Origin: Obrimoposthia wandeli
Lineage: Eukaryota
Length of the DNA: 64,000 bases
Reading direction: 5' to 3'
NCBI GenBank assembly: GCA_977020255.1
Contig: CDROCS010001028.1
Location: 186,001 to 250,000, forward strand
Within the stretch, counting starts at the first letter, position 1. Each line of letters starts with the position of its first letter. Below are positions 40,745 to 50,727 of the stretch, one piece after another. The notes below the pieces were generated by a model that ran no database searches, was not told the origin of the DNA, and was given only the letters and a program-made list of their open reading frames with translations. The position numbers and the translations under genes were made by a program.

Positions 40745-42163
40745 TTATACGATCCTAAATGAATTTACAGCCGTACAACGACGCTTACGAGTAAAGGTTA
40801 ATGCGTTTGTCACGCCTTCCCCTGTTGGGGTTGAAATGGTCATGGTTGTCCACCCTTCACCACCCGCGCCAATCGCTGCTATAGAAGGGCCATTTTTCGC
40901 CAACAAACTGCAATCCATCTCATACGCCATGCGTGTTAACACATCGATATTTTTAGAATGAATCGCCGCGGTATGACGATTGTTATTCTCTAATTCAACA
41001 GCCCAATCAATGGCTTGATCTGCATTAGCTGCTCGAATAAGCGGTAAAATTGGCATCATCTGCTCTGTTACGGCAAATACATGAGATTTGTCCGCTTCAA
41101 AGATCAGCAAACGCGTCGCTTCAGGCACATCAATACCTGCGGCTGCGGCTAATTTAGCAGCATCACGACCAACCCATTTAGGGTTTGCTGATGGCTTGTC
41201 ACCCGGATAGCCCTTCAAGACAATTCGTGCAATGGCTTCTGCTTCATCTAACGTTAATAAATGCGCTCCATTTCGGCACATTGCGGCTTTTAACTCATCC
41301 GCAATAGCGTCAACCGCGATGATTTCTTTTTCTGTTGCACACACAATATTATTGTCAAAAGAAGCACCTTGAACGATAGAAACTGCCGCACGTTCAATGT
41401 CTGCCGTTTCATCAACGACAACTGGCGGATTACCAGGCCCTGCTGCAATTAATCGTTTATCCGTAATTTTTCGTGCGGCTTCAACCACTGCATCACCACC
41501 TGTCACAACCAATAGATTAATGCCAGGGTAAACAAATAAGGCTTCTGCATTTTCTAACGATGGGGTGGCTACCGTTGTGCAAATCGCATTTGGTCCACCC
41601 ACACTCTCACATGCTTTATTCACTAATTGAATTGCATACTGAGAGACTTTCTTTGCTGCAGGGTGAGGGGCAAATACGACGGCGTTGCCGCCAGCAATCA
41701 TACTGATCGCATTGTTAATAACAGTACAGCTTGGATTTGTACTTGGGGTAACTGACGCGATAACGCCCCAAGGTGCATTTTCCATTAAGCTCATACCCAT
41801 ATCACCAGAAGCGGCTTGCGGTGATAATATTTCCGTTCCCGGCGTACGCTGAGAAACCAAAATATGTTTTTTAATTTTGTCTTCAACACGACCAAAACCC
41901 GTTTCTTCGACCGCCATTTCTGACAGTTCTTGAGCGTGTTTTTTCGCCATACGACGAATTGCCGTGATCATCTGATCACGTAAGGCCACACTGCGAATTT
42001 GTTTCTGTGCTTTTTTGGCTGCTGCAACCGCACCATCTAAGGTTGGGAATACACCATAATTTCCTATTTCAGGATTGACTTGCTGATCCAAAGGAGTGTG
42101 AGTATTACCATTCAGCTGTAATACAATCTGCTTTACGATTTCTTCAATTTGTTTTGGATCCAT
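40745..42163 (-). CDS. eutE: CoA-acylating acetaldehyde dehydrogenase EutE
   Basis: PSTNP, AGPGNPP, FDNNIVCATEK, TPTGEG; N-terminal encapsulation peptide. Confidence 0.95.
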   Translation of the reverse strand: MDPKQIEEIVKQIVLQLNGNTHTPLDQQVNPEIGNYGVFPTLDGAVAAAKKAQKQIRSVALRDQMITAIRRMAKKHAQELSEMAVEETGFGRVEDKIKKHILVSQRTPGTEILSPQAASGDMGMSLMENAPWGVIASVTPSTNPSCTVINNAISMIAGGNAVVFAPHPAAKKVSQYAIQLVNKACESVGGPNAICTTVATPSLENAEALFVYPGINLLVVTGGDAVVEAARKITDKRLIAAGPGNPPVVVDETADIERAAVSIVQGASFDNNIVCATEKEIIAVDAIADELKAAMCRNGAHLLTLDEAEAIARIVLKGYPGDKPSANPKWVGRDAAKLAAAAGIDVPEATRLLIFEADKSHVFAVTEQMMPILPLIRAANADQAIDWAVELENNNRHTAAIHSKNIDVLTRMAYEMDCSLLAKNGPSIAAIGAGGEGWTTMTISTPTGEGVTNALTFTRKRRCTAVNSFRIV

Positions 42164-42193
42164 GTTCAATATACTCCACCACATCGACAGCGA

Positions 42194-42487
42194 TCATTTG
42201 CCGTAGCAACGCTCGCCGCCTGCAGTAACTTCATCAATAATACCAACAACACAAAGATCAACAGGAGAGCCATCAATAGAGCCAGAATAAGCGGTTCTTG
42301 CAGAGCTACCAGAAACCACCATTACCCATTCCCCTTCACCAGCACCAAGCTGATCCATGGCAATGTGAACTTCACCAGTGGCTTTCCCTTTTGGGTTTAC
42401 AAACTCAACCAAACACAATTTATCCATTTGCATGTTTCGACTGCGAACGGTTGCAATCACATGACCGATAACACGAGCTATTCTCAT
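42194..42487 (-). CDS. eutN: BMC vertex pentamer EutN/CcmL
   Basis: MRIARVIG, D..GAGEGEWV, PVD..VVGIID. Confidence 0.95.
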   Translation of the reverse strand: MRIARVIGHVIATVRSRNMQMDKLCLVEFVNPKGKATGEVHIAMDQLGAGEGEWVMVVSGSSARTAYSGSIDGSPVDLCVVGIIDEVTAGGERCYGK

Positions 42488-42543
42488 GACATCTCCTTGC
42501 TAAAGGTTTCCCCTAGATCCACCATGAACCTAAGGGGGAGCCG

Positions 42544-42825
42544 TTATTTTGATTTAGAAGTAATTGGAAATACTTTCTCTAAGTCTTTTGATGGACGTGG
42601 AATAACGTGTACTGCCACTAATTCACCTAAACGTTGAGCAACCACAGAGCCTGCATCTGTCGCAGCTTTACATGAAGCAACATCACCACGGATAAGCGCA
42701 ACAACATAACCTGAACCAATTTGTTGATAACCAACTAACTCAACACGAGCGGCTTTTACCATTGCATCAGACGCTTCAATCAACGCCGTTAAACCTTTAG
42801 TTTCTAAAATACCTAACGCATCCAT
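42544..42825 (-). CDS. eutM: BMC-H shell hexamer EutM (copy 2)
   Basis: [25 protein letters not shown]. Confidence 0.93.
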   Translation of the reverse strand: MDALGILETKGLTALIEASDAMVKAARVELVGYQQIGSGYVVALIRGDVASCKAATDAGSVVAQRLGELVAVHVIPRPSKDLEKVFPITSKSK

Positions 42826-42848
42826 TTTTCTACCCTTCTATAAATAAG

Positions 42849-43178
42849 TTATTTTGAATTACGAGCCGATTTAGCGGCCGTTGCTTCTTTTTCTGGCGCA
42901 CTTTCTTCTAACTTAATAGGGAAAATGGCTTCTAAGTCACTGTGTGGACGAGGGATAACATGCACTGCTACCACTTCGCCTAAACGTTGTGCAGCCGCTG
43001 CTCCTGCATCTGTTGCCGCTTTACAGGCCGCAACATCACCACGAACAATGGCAGACACAATGCCTGAACCAATTTGCTTATAGCCAACTAACTCAACGCG
43101 TGCGGCTTTCACCATCGCATCAGATGCTTCAATAAGAGCAGTAAGGCCTTTTGTTTCAATAATACCCAGAGCTTCCAT
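42849..43178 (-). CDS. eutM: BMC-H shell hexamer EutM-like with C-terminal extension (copy 1)
   Basis: [11 protein letters not shown]...VIPRPH plus an [19 protein letters not shown] tail. Confidence 0.88.
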   Translation of the reverse strand: MEALGIIETKGLTALIEASDAMVKAARVELVGYKQIGSGIVSAIVRGDVAACKAATDAGAAAAQRLGEVVAVHVIPRPHSDLEAIFPIKLEESAPEKEATAAKSARNSK

Positions 43179-43217
43179 TTTATTTCCTTTAAATATCAGT
43201 CAGTTAAATTTATTAAA

Positions 43218-44189
43218 TCAGAGGTTAGAAGCCAATAGTGAGATGTCAACGATATCGTCAGCGCTGCACCCTCTTGATAAATCATGCACCGAACCAGCTA
43301 ACCCCTGTAACATTGGGCCCAACGCAATGTAGCCACCTAAACGCTGTGCCACCTTGTAAGCAATGTTGCCTGCATTGAGAGACGGAAAGATAAAGACGTT
43401 AGCCGTCCCTTCCAGTTGGCTACCGGGCATTTTTTGTGACGCAATCGCCGGAACAATCGCTGCATCAAATTGGATCTCACCATCAATGATCAAATCAGGC
43501 GCTCGCTCACGTACCATATTGGTGGCGTCAATAACATGGTTAATGGTTGAGTGATGTGCACTGCCTTTGGTTGAAAAAGACAGCATGGCGACACGAGGCT
43601 CAACCCCCGTTAAACGCTGGTAATTACGTGCTGTATCAATCGCAATGTCTGCCAACTGTTCTGCTGTTGGTAATGGAATGACCCCTGCGTCTGAAAAAGC
43701 AAATGTGTTTTGCCCATCAGGCGATAGCATCATAAAAAAACTTGATACCGTATTACTTTTCTCCGCAATTCCGACACCACGTAATGACGCTCGGATCACG
43801 TCCCCTGTCGACGATTGATTGCCCGCAATACAGATATCCGCATAACCTTGGTCAACCATCATCATTGCAAAATTGAGCGGCAGTTTAAGTAACTCAATCG
43901 CGACATCACGCGCCATTGGTTTACGCTGCTTGGCAATATAGCGCGTTACCATTTCATCAAAACAACCCGAAAACTCAGGCGACAACACGGTTAAACAAGG
44001 CATAGCAACGCCACTGTTATGGGCGTAATCTCGTAATAAGTGTGGGCTTCCTAATAAAATAGGCTCAGCAAGACCGGCTTGTTTTAAATCGTTCGCAGCA
44101 TGCAACAAACGAATGTCGTTCGAATCTGGAAAAACAATGCGTTTAGGTTGCTTTAAGCAAGATTCTCGGCACTTATCAAGTAACTTCAT
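43218..44189 (-). CDS. eutD: Phosphate acetyltransferase EutD
   Basis: [31 protein letters not shown]. Confidence 0.93.
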   Translation of the reverse strand: MKLLDKCRESCLKQPKRIVFPDSNDIRLLHAANDLKQAGLAEPILLGSPHLLRDYAHNSGVAMPCLTVLSPEFSGCFDEMVTRYIAKQRKPMARDVAIELLKLPLNFAMMMVDQGYADICIAGNQSSTGDVIRASLRGVGIAEKSNTVSSFFMMLSPDGQNTFAFSDAGVIPLPTAEQLADIAIDTARNYQRLTGVEPRVAMLSFSTKGSAHHSTINHVIDATNMVRERAPDLIIDGEIQFDAAIVPAIASQKMPGSQLEGTANVFIFPSLNAGNIAYKVAQRLGGYIALGPMLQGLAGSVHDLSRGCSADDIVDISLLASNL

Positions 44190-45033
44190 TTGATAAACCT
44201 TTCAGCAATAATTCATGCCCATTAAGATGTTGCCACACGAGAATCATGACAACATACACCGCACTAGACAGGCGATTTAACCCCGCAACAAGATCGTCGC
44301 GATTAACCCCATCACTGGTTAATTGCATGCTTGGATCAAGAAACGTATCAATTGCTGTTAACTCTAATTCACGTACTAATGCACGTAAATAGTTCAACTC
44401 TGCGACTAACTTTCCATAACTCACATCAGGCAACATATGATCATGCCCAAGGTACTTTAATGGGTTGTGCGACCAGTGATGAATAACAGAGGCATCAAAC
44501 TCACCCAGATAAAGCTCTGGCAATGGCTGACTTGTGACTTCAGATTGCAAAATTTGACCTAAATAAGATCGAATATCAGCCATAAAGCACGTTAAGATCT
44601 CTGGTTGTTGCTCCATCTCACATTGAACGATCACACAATAGCTAATGCAGGCGTCTAATTTTCCTCGTAATACAATACGAGGGTGTGTTTTTGGCACTAG
44701 AATTTTGTCATCAAGGTGCGTCATTAAAGACGGCTTTTCACCCACATTGGAATGACACAAAACGCAGCTGTTTTCAGGTCGAATGTTGTTGCTTTTTAGT
44801 GGATGAACTTTCTCAAATTCAGAGCTATCAGCACCTGACACTCCTTTCTCGACAAAGACTTGCCCTTTCTCATCACGCCAACGCACTGATATTTTTCTTT
44901 CAATCAACATTTGCTGAGCGGCAGGGGTGAAACGCGTTCCTGGTTCTAGTTGAATCTCACCATTTTGTCGCATACCAAAATACTGCTTCAAATAATCTTC
45001 AGTAATAAACTTAGGTATACTTTGCGTGTTCAT
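44176..45033 (-). CDS. eutT: Cob(I)alamin adenosyltransferase EutT
   Basis: [42 protein letters not shown]. Confidence 0.92.
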   Translation of the reverse strand: MNTQSIPKFITEDYLKQYFGMRQNGEIQLEPGTRFTPAAQQMLIERKISVRWRDEKGQVFVEKGVSGADSSEFEKVHPLKSNNIRPENSCVLCHSNVGEKPSLMTHLDDKILVPKTHPRIVLRGKLDACISYCVIVQCEMEQQPEILTCFMADIRSYLGQILQSEVTSQPLPELYLGEFDASVIHHWSHNPLKYLGHDHMLPDVSYGKLVAELNYLRALVRELELTAIDTFLDPSMQLTSDGVNRDDLVAGLNRLSSAVYVVMILVWQHLNGHELLLKGLSNEVT

Positions 45034-45035
45034 AG

Positions 45036-45737
45036 TTACAACCACTCAACAGGGTAAGTAATGTAAACGTAACGAACATGAGTTGGCGTACCGAATTCAA
45101 CAGTGCTGTTTTTAGGGATAAAGATAACTTCGCCTGGCTTTGCAATGGTCGTTCCAGACGCAGTTTTTACGTGAAGCTCGCCTTCAAGTACCACATTGAC
45201 TTCATCGTAAGTTAACGTCCATGGGAAGAATGCATTTTCCCATCCCATATAACCTACGCCCATGTTGCTGCCTTCTTTCGCTCCAATAACATCGGTTAAT
45301 CCAATGTTTTTTCCTGGTGCCCCATCAAACACATCTAACTTCACCGCATTACCGTGAATAAGCACGATGCCATCATCGTTAATTTGACGAGGAGACGCTG
45401 GTAGATTTTGATTAAAATCAGCCATTGCTGCTGCAATTAACTTTTGGATTTCAGCACTTTTTGCAGCATCAACACCTGATAATTTCGCTTCAATTTCAGC
45501 TTGAATTAACTGGCTTTGACCAACCTCAGGGGCAGATTCTACGGCAACAAGTTCAGGTACTTCAGGCGCAACCACTGGCGCAGAAATTGGGGCTGTATCT
45601 AATAACTCAATGCCTTCAACTTTTGCTACTTCACGTGCTTCTGGAGTAATAATAAATTCTTTTACGGGTGCAACAAGGTAGGTCTTTTTATCTGACTTTG
45701 CTTGTCGAATATCCGCAGCAGAAATTAGCTGTTTCAT
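45036..45737 (-). CDS. eutQ: EutQ cupin-domain protein
   Basis: IITPEAREVA, FPWTLTYDE, GEVIFIPK. Confidence 0.93.
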   Translation of the reverse strand: MKQLISAADIRQAKSDKKTYLVAPVKEFIITPEAREVAKVEGIELLDTAPISAPVVAPEVPELVAVESAPEVGQSQLIQAEIEAKLSGVDAAKSAEIQKLIAAAMADFNQNLPASPRQINDDGIVLIHGNAVKLDVFDGAPGKNIGLTDVIGAKEGSNMGVGYMGWENAFFPWTLTYDEVNVVLEGELHVKTASGTTIAKPGEVIFIPKNSTVEFGTPTHVRYVYITYPVEWL

Positions 45738-45782
45738 AACGTCACTTCCTTATCCGTTTTCACAACACCACCCCAGTAAAAA

Positions 45783-46238
45783 TTACTGCAATGATAATAA
45801 ATAGTGAGAAAGTTTATCTATCGAATCTTGGTCAAAAATAGAAACTTCAAAATAAGGTTCTGGAATTCTATTTTGTCTAAATAATTTTTTGGCATGTTCA
45901 ATATCAGCATCGATTTCATCGACCTTGCTAATAACACCTATAATATTTTTATTAGGATAAACATTGAGCAATCCATTTGGTGGTGCAAATCTTTTCCCAC
46001 TTGCAGGCTGTAACAATACAACCGACTTAACATTACAAATTGTTGTTAATAACGCGCCACTTAACGAACGTTTATCAATGAACTCTCCTGGAGTATCAAT
46101 AACCTTTCCTGGGTAAAATATAGGGGATTGTGTTTTACCTGTATTTGTTTCTATATTAACTAATTTGTCAACTAGGGCAGATTTTCCTGCATCTACCTCT
46201 CCAACAAAAACAACATTATCTAATTTTTGTTTTTCCAT
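45783..46238 (-). CDS. eutP: EutP/PduV P-loop protein
   Basis: GEVDAGKS, IDTPGEF, SKVD. Confidence 0.9.
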   Translation of the reverse strand: MEKQKLDNVVFVGEVDAGKSALVDKLVNIETNTGKTQSPIFYPGKVIDTPGEFIDKRSLSGALLTTICNVKSVVLLQPASGKRFAPPNGLLNVYPNKNIIGVISKVDEIDADIEHAKKLFRQNRIPEPYFEVSIFDQDSIDKLSHYLLSLQ

Positions 46239-46239
46239 A

Positions 46240-46590
46240 TTATGTTCTTGTTATTTGGCAACCATTGTAAGATAGCGTTCTATTTAATACATCACAGACA
46301 GTCTTTAATGCTTCATCTACTGCCGCAACAGAACCTGTGATCACTAACGCACCAGAAAACCGATCAAGGAATCCAATATGGACATCCGCTGATTTTGTTG
46401 CAATGTCACCAGCAATTATTGATGTTTCTCCAGGGGTTAGCGTCAATATCCCAATTGCACCGCTGCTCTCTACGCCAACTCTTTCACATAATTCTTCGGT
46501 TGGATTCGCAATTAAGTGGGCAAGAGTCACCTGCTTACCAGGTACAAACTCTTGGATAATTCTTTCTTTCCCTGACGTTAAATCTAGCAT
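46240..46590 (-). CDS. eutS: Permuted BMC shell protein EutS
   Basis: [29 protein letters not shown]. Confidence 0.95.
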   Translation of the reverse strand: MLDLTSGKERIIQEFVPGKQVTLAHLIANPTEELCERVGVESSGAIGILTLTPGETSIIAGDIATKSADVHIGFLDRFSGALVITGSVAAVDEALKTVCDVLNRTLSYNGCQITRT

Positions 46591-46815
46591 ATAAGAAATA
46601 TATATAATTTGAATTTGTAGCGAATCTACTCCTAAAGTCTTAGCTAATCAACATGGTAAATTTCATTATTACTAACATTATTTATTACTTATGAGCATTA
46701 TCACAAATAATAAATAATTTATTTTTTAAATCAATTTTAATATGTAGATGTTAATGTAAAAATAAATTTTTTCAATTAACATCCTGTCATACACTCCCTT
46801 TTTTGGGAGGCCATT

Positions 46816-46895
46816 ATGCATATTGACCACTTTAAAGAACACTTTAGAGCATCACTGACCAGTACTAAGGTGACCCATTTCCTTTTTGAAATATT
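46816..46895 (+). mobile_element. ISAs1-family transposase 5' remnant
   Basis: GGGAGG RBS plus MHIDHFKEHF...KVTHFLFEI, resembling an ISAs1 N-terminus, then degenerating. Confidence 0.45.
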
Positions 46896-47119
46896 TTGTT
46901 ACATCATAAGAAAAAAATCATTAATCTTATATTTTATTTCACTTAAAAATACCGTCCCTTGCTAAAACCTGCCTATTTTTATATTAATTTCCATAGGCAT
47001 CATCGCTGAAACAATATAATGATTCAGTCGATGAATATATATTAAAACTATTTACGATTTAACTATATAGGAAGATTCATTCTTCTTGTGAATACTAGCT
47101 CTCACGAAAGTTCACCGTC

Positions 47120-47133
47120 ATGATTTAGATCAA
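47120..47133. promoter_or_regulatory. FNR-like site upstream of the eut operon
   Basis: ATGAT-TTAG-ATCAA, 9/10 to TTGAT-N4-ATCAA. Confidence 0.45.
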
Positions 47134-47235
47134 AAAACACAGGTCAGAAGAGTTAGTGTTTTATCAATATGAACAGCTTGTCACACTGGCATTGCTAAAA
47201 ATTAGCAATTTATCCCAAAACTGACTCAACATGAT

Positions 47236-47308
47236 AGTGTGATGTGACACTATTTATAATGTACACCCAAAGTTAACTCAGTATTATAAGTGTGATGTGA
47301 CGCTATTT
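47236..47308. repeat. Pair of 20-bp direct repeats 53 bp apart
   Basis: AGTGTGATGTGAC(A/G)CTATTT at 47236 and 47289. Confidence 0.8.
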
Positions 47309-47371
47309 GTAGAATTGAATTCATTGCAAAATGGCTAATATAAGTTTATTGGACAGGACGAAAAAAGAGGT

Positions 47372-47417
47372 AAGAGAAAAGGCCGCTTCATTACAAAGCT
47401 GCCAAGGTACTTATGAG
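47372..47417. repeat. 46-bp direct repeat, copy 2
   Basis: AAGAGAAAAGGCCGCTTCATTACAAAGCTGCCAAGGTACTTATGAG. Confidence 0.9.
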
Positions 47418-47655
47418 GAAGAGTGAAGGATGATTAAGCAAGTGGTTGAACTGACTAGCACCTATTCATTCAAAGAAGCTTTATACTCAAGGTGCTCGTT
47501 TCAGCGGGAATGATTCAGCGTTTCTACTTCTGTGTCAAATGTGTTGCACTTATTGTATTACTCCAGCGGAATGCCATTCCTACACACATTTCCCTTGAAT
47601 TAAACATGCTGTGATCACTCTGAATCCTGTATCTTGAGGTAGCTTGGGTATATGC

Positions 47656-47977
47656 TCATATTTGGGTCATGCTGCTAAATCTTTCAAAAAGAAAGTCCAA
47701 GAATAATCGAATACGTTTAGGCTGATACTTCTTACTAATGTACACAACATTCAAATCTGCGCTTGATACAGACATCGATGTATTAAAGTTCTTCATATGA
47801 CCATTAAGAACAGTGACAAGACGCAGGTTATTAATATCAGCTTGCACGTCTAGGACTGATTTAAGCGCTATCCCTACTCCGTCTAATGCCCAATATCTAA
47901 TCACCTCACCATCATCTGAAAATCGCTTTGGTACAACGGTAATTGCATTCTTCTTATCTTGCTCCTGAAAATGCCAT
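47656..47977 (-). pseudogene. Orphan 3' fragment of the lysR gene at 55662-56585
   Basis: 322 bp, ~27 mismatches by manual count versus 55662-55983; lacks the HTH and start. Confidence 0.92.
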
Positions 47978-48124
47978 CAGCACCGTCATTATGGTATTCA
48001 GTGGTGAAATCTGTTGGCATGTACGTCGCTAATACTATCAATCACCCCATATGAATAAACTGAACCAGAGGAACCTTGATAAACGCGATTCTCTAAAAAG
48101 AGAGGATTAGGATCAACCTAGATA

Positions 48125-48679
48125 TTAAAAGCACTCAGTAATTTTAAACCCACTTTCTCCTTTTAATATTCGAACATTAAAACCTTGCGCTTTAAGCGCA
48201 TCATAATTATGTCCGGCTATTGATGGCCAAACAGCAAGTGCCGATAATCGCAAGTTTCCCGTATTCACTAACCGATGAGCGATGAACCCACCGATATGAT
48301 GAATACTCCCCGGAAAGACTTTTTCAATGGTCACTGCACCAGTTTGAGCTTGCAAGATAAGCAGACCTTCACCAGCACTTCCAAAATAGTATTCAGCTTG
48401 TTCGATACGTTCGTGAAAGTGACCTCGGGTCATAAAGAATTCATCACCAACGCTACCCGCTTCAATATGTGATACACCAAAGTTAAGCTCTCCTTCTGCA
48501 GATTCTGCTGGCAGCATTTCAACACTGTATATAACACGATCCTCAGGTAGCGATGCATAGGCAGCTTTATCAGCAAAAATACCATCAAGCGATGATAACA
48601 ACGTTACTTTCTCAACAAGGTTTCCAGCGTTTATCTTACCTGTTACATAATTAATACTAGGGGGTGTTAATACGTTCAT
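48125..48679 (-). CDS. Cupin-type (archaeal-like) glucose-6-phosphate isomerase family
   Basis: FMTRGHFH, AEYY, HRLVNTG, AGHNY. Confidence 0.88.
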   Translation of the reverse strand: MNVLTPPSINYVTGKINAGNLVEKVTLLSSLDGIFADKAAYASLPEDRVIYSVEMLPAESAEGELNFGVSHIEAGSVGDEFFMTRGHFHERIEQAEYYFGSAGEGLLILQAQTGAVTIEKVFPGSIHHIGGFIAHRLVNTGNLRLSALAVWPSIAGHNYDALKAQGFNVRILKGESGFKITECF

Positions 48680-48688
48680 ATACCGTCC

Positions 48689-49855
48689 TTACTTTGCAAC
48701 TCTAAGCAGTTCTGAAAATGCTAAAAATAGATGATAAAAAGTACTCGCTGGTGAGTTTTTTTGTAATGGCAGCCCTTCGCAATCCAGTTGATCAAACCAA
48801 AGACCGTTCTGAGTCGGATTCAAGTAAGCGCTAAAAATCACATCAACAGCTTGGCAAACACGTTGTTCCCGTTCAATAGATGGGTTGCGTTCCCATAATG
48901 CTATCTGAGCTTTTAAGTATTCAGTTTGGCACCATAACCTCGACGTTGAACGAAATGCTTCCCCGTTATTTTTAACTTCATCTCTGACCAAACCGTTAAT
49001 GTTATGCCCATACATCGAAGCAAAACGATTCAACCTTTCAATGTAAACTGACGCGTCAATTCCTGTAAGCTTTTGATAATGATGTAGCAACCAAATCCAT
49101 TCATAATGATGTCCAGGATCAACGAGATTACTTAGAGGATGTTTAGGATCAAGCTGGCTATCAAAAAATTCACATAAATATTCATCTTGCATAAAACGGT
49201 CTGTAAACAGGTTAAAAATACTGCTTGCTCGATCTAGCCATTGAGCATTATCGGTATGTTCATAGCACACCATTAATGCTTCAAATAAATGCATGTGCGG
49301 ATTCTGGCAACGTAACGAAAAATAATGTGTTGATGAATAAAATCCACCATTTTCTACGTCTGCCAATTCAGACTGGAACCATTGATAAATAGCTTCCATT
49401 TTATCTAGACTAGTCTGTTCCCTAACTAACCGGTAATGCCATGCGTAACCCAATAACGCAAAAGCATGTTCATAAGCGTTGGTTTCATCATTTTTAATGT
49501 TCAGTTCATCATCAAGTGAGAATACAAATGTCTCTTTCTCAGTTTGAAATTGAGGGAAGCCAAGATTAATTGCTTTCTCTATCTCTTGCCTAGCATCAAT
49601 AAGACCAAGCTCTGTAGCATGAGCATAAACATATAATTGACGAGGCTGAACACGAAAGCGGATAACGTTTTCTTGGTAAACGCGGCCATCTTGATAAATG
49701 CCTTCGGGGAAAATACCGGTCTTTTTATCAAAGTAGTGATGCCATCGTGGAAGTGCGTGTTCAGAAAGCCATACCTGACAGCGTTTCGCTTGCTGCGAAA
49801 TGGTATTCATAGTGATATCTCTAAGTTTAGAAAGTAAAAGAATAGAGAGAGCCAA
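48689..49855 (-). CDS. AGE-family epimerase/isomerase (likely start 49810)
   Basis: RVQPRQLYVY, QNPHMHLFEA, PGHHYEW, RLWCQTE, YH. Confidence 0.88.
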   Translation of the reverse strand: MALSILLLSKLRDITMNTISQQAKRCQVWLSEHALPRWHHYFDKKTGIFPEGIYQDGRVYQENVIRFRVQPRQLYVYAHATELGLIDARQEIEKAINLGFPQFQTEKETFVFSLDDELNIKNDETNAYEHAFALLGYAWHYRLVREQTSLDKMEAIYQWFQSELADVENGGFYSSTHYFSLRCQNPHMHLFEALMVCYEHTDNAQWLDRASSIFNLFTDRFMQDEYLCEFFDSQLDPKHPLSNLVDPGHHYEWIWLLHHYQKLTGIDASVYIERLNRFASMYGHNINGLVRDEVKNNGEAFRSTSRLWCQTEYLKAQIALWERNPSIEREQRVCQAVDVIFSAYLNPTQNGLWFDQLDCEGLPLQKNSPASTFYHLFLAFSELLRVAK

Positions 49856-49878
49856 AGCCCTCTCATTATTTGCTTACC

Positions 49879-50727
49879 TTAAAAGAGGCCTACCGCGACA
49901 CCAAGGGCAGAGATGACAACCAAAGACAACATGGCTTTTACTGGGCTTAGGTTTTTCTTTGCCATTGCATACCAAGTTCCAAGCACGATCACTAATGGCA
50001 TCAGTTTAGGGAAAATACCGTCAAGCATCGCCTGAACATTGATATTCACACCATCGCTGGTCACAAACTCAAGTCCCGTACCAAGATTGACATAGCTTGC
50101 CGCCACGCCCCCCATAACAAAAACCCCCAGAAGCGAGAGAGCTTCTCGAATTTTTGTCGATTTATGACTTACCAGCACTTCTACTGACCCCGTCCCCATC
50201 TTATATCCCTTCATAAATAAGGTATAAGAACCGACAATGACAATGGCATTAAATGCAACGATATAAAACAGTGGACCAAGCATACTGCCACCAGCAGCTA
50301 AGGCCATACCGATACTGAGTAGAATAGGCACAAGCATGCCGGGTACCATAGAATCACCGATACCGGCAATCGGCCCCATCAAGCCAACTTTTAACGTATT
50401 AATGGTTTCGCCATCAATAGGCTCACCATTGGCTTTCTTTTCTTCTAAACCCACCGCCAATCCACTGATAATGGCGCCGAGCTGTGGCTCAGTATTATAG
50501 AAAGAGGAGTGGCGTTTCATTGCCTCCTGACGCTTATCTTTGTTGGGATAAAGCTTTTTAAGTGCTGGCATCATTCCAAGGCAAAAACCGAATGATTCTA
50601 AACGTTCGAAACTCATTGATGAAAGGTTGTACATCATCCATGAACGCCAACATTTAATGAGGTCTTTCTTATCTAACGCGATCTTGGCATTAATATCAGT
50701 GCTGAGTTGATCATGTTTTGTAGTCAT
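49879..50727 (-). CDS. PTS Man/Fru/Sor family EIID
   Basis: FYNTEP, KVGLMGPIAGIGDS, GLFVMGG-like motif, LDGIFPKL. Confidence 0.93.
   Translation of the reverse strand: MTTKHDQLSTDINAKIALDKKDLIKCWRSWMMYNLSSMSFERLESFGFCLGMMPALKKLYPNKDKRQEAMKRHSSFYNTEPQLGAIISGLAVGLEEKKANGEPIDGETINTLKVGLMGPIAGIGDSMVPGMLVPILLSIGMALAAGGSMLGPLFYIVAFNAIVIVGSYTLFMKGYKMGTGSVEVLVSHKSTKIREALSLLGVFVMGGVAASYVNLGTGLEFVTSDGVNINVQAMLDGIFPKLMPLVIVLGTWYAMAKKNLSPVKAMLSLVVISALGVAVGLF

Noticed and set aside
47236-47417. CRISPR array
   Set aside because: Only two repeat copies of each type, no regular spacers and no cas genes
47480-47650. Cobalamin riboswitch upstream of eut
   Set aside because: A GGGAA and some pairing exist on the minus strand, but the conserved B12-box/GCCACTG core could not be identified; an Rfam scan would be decisive
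47978-48120. Possible gene relic next to the lysR fragment
   Set aside because: Short frames with stops and no recognisable motif
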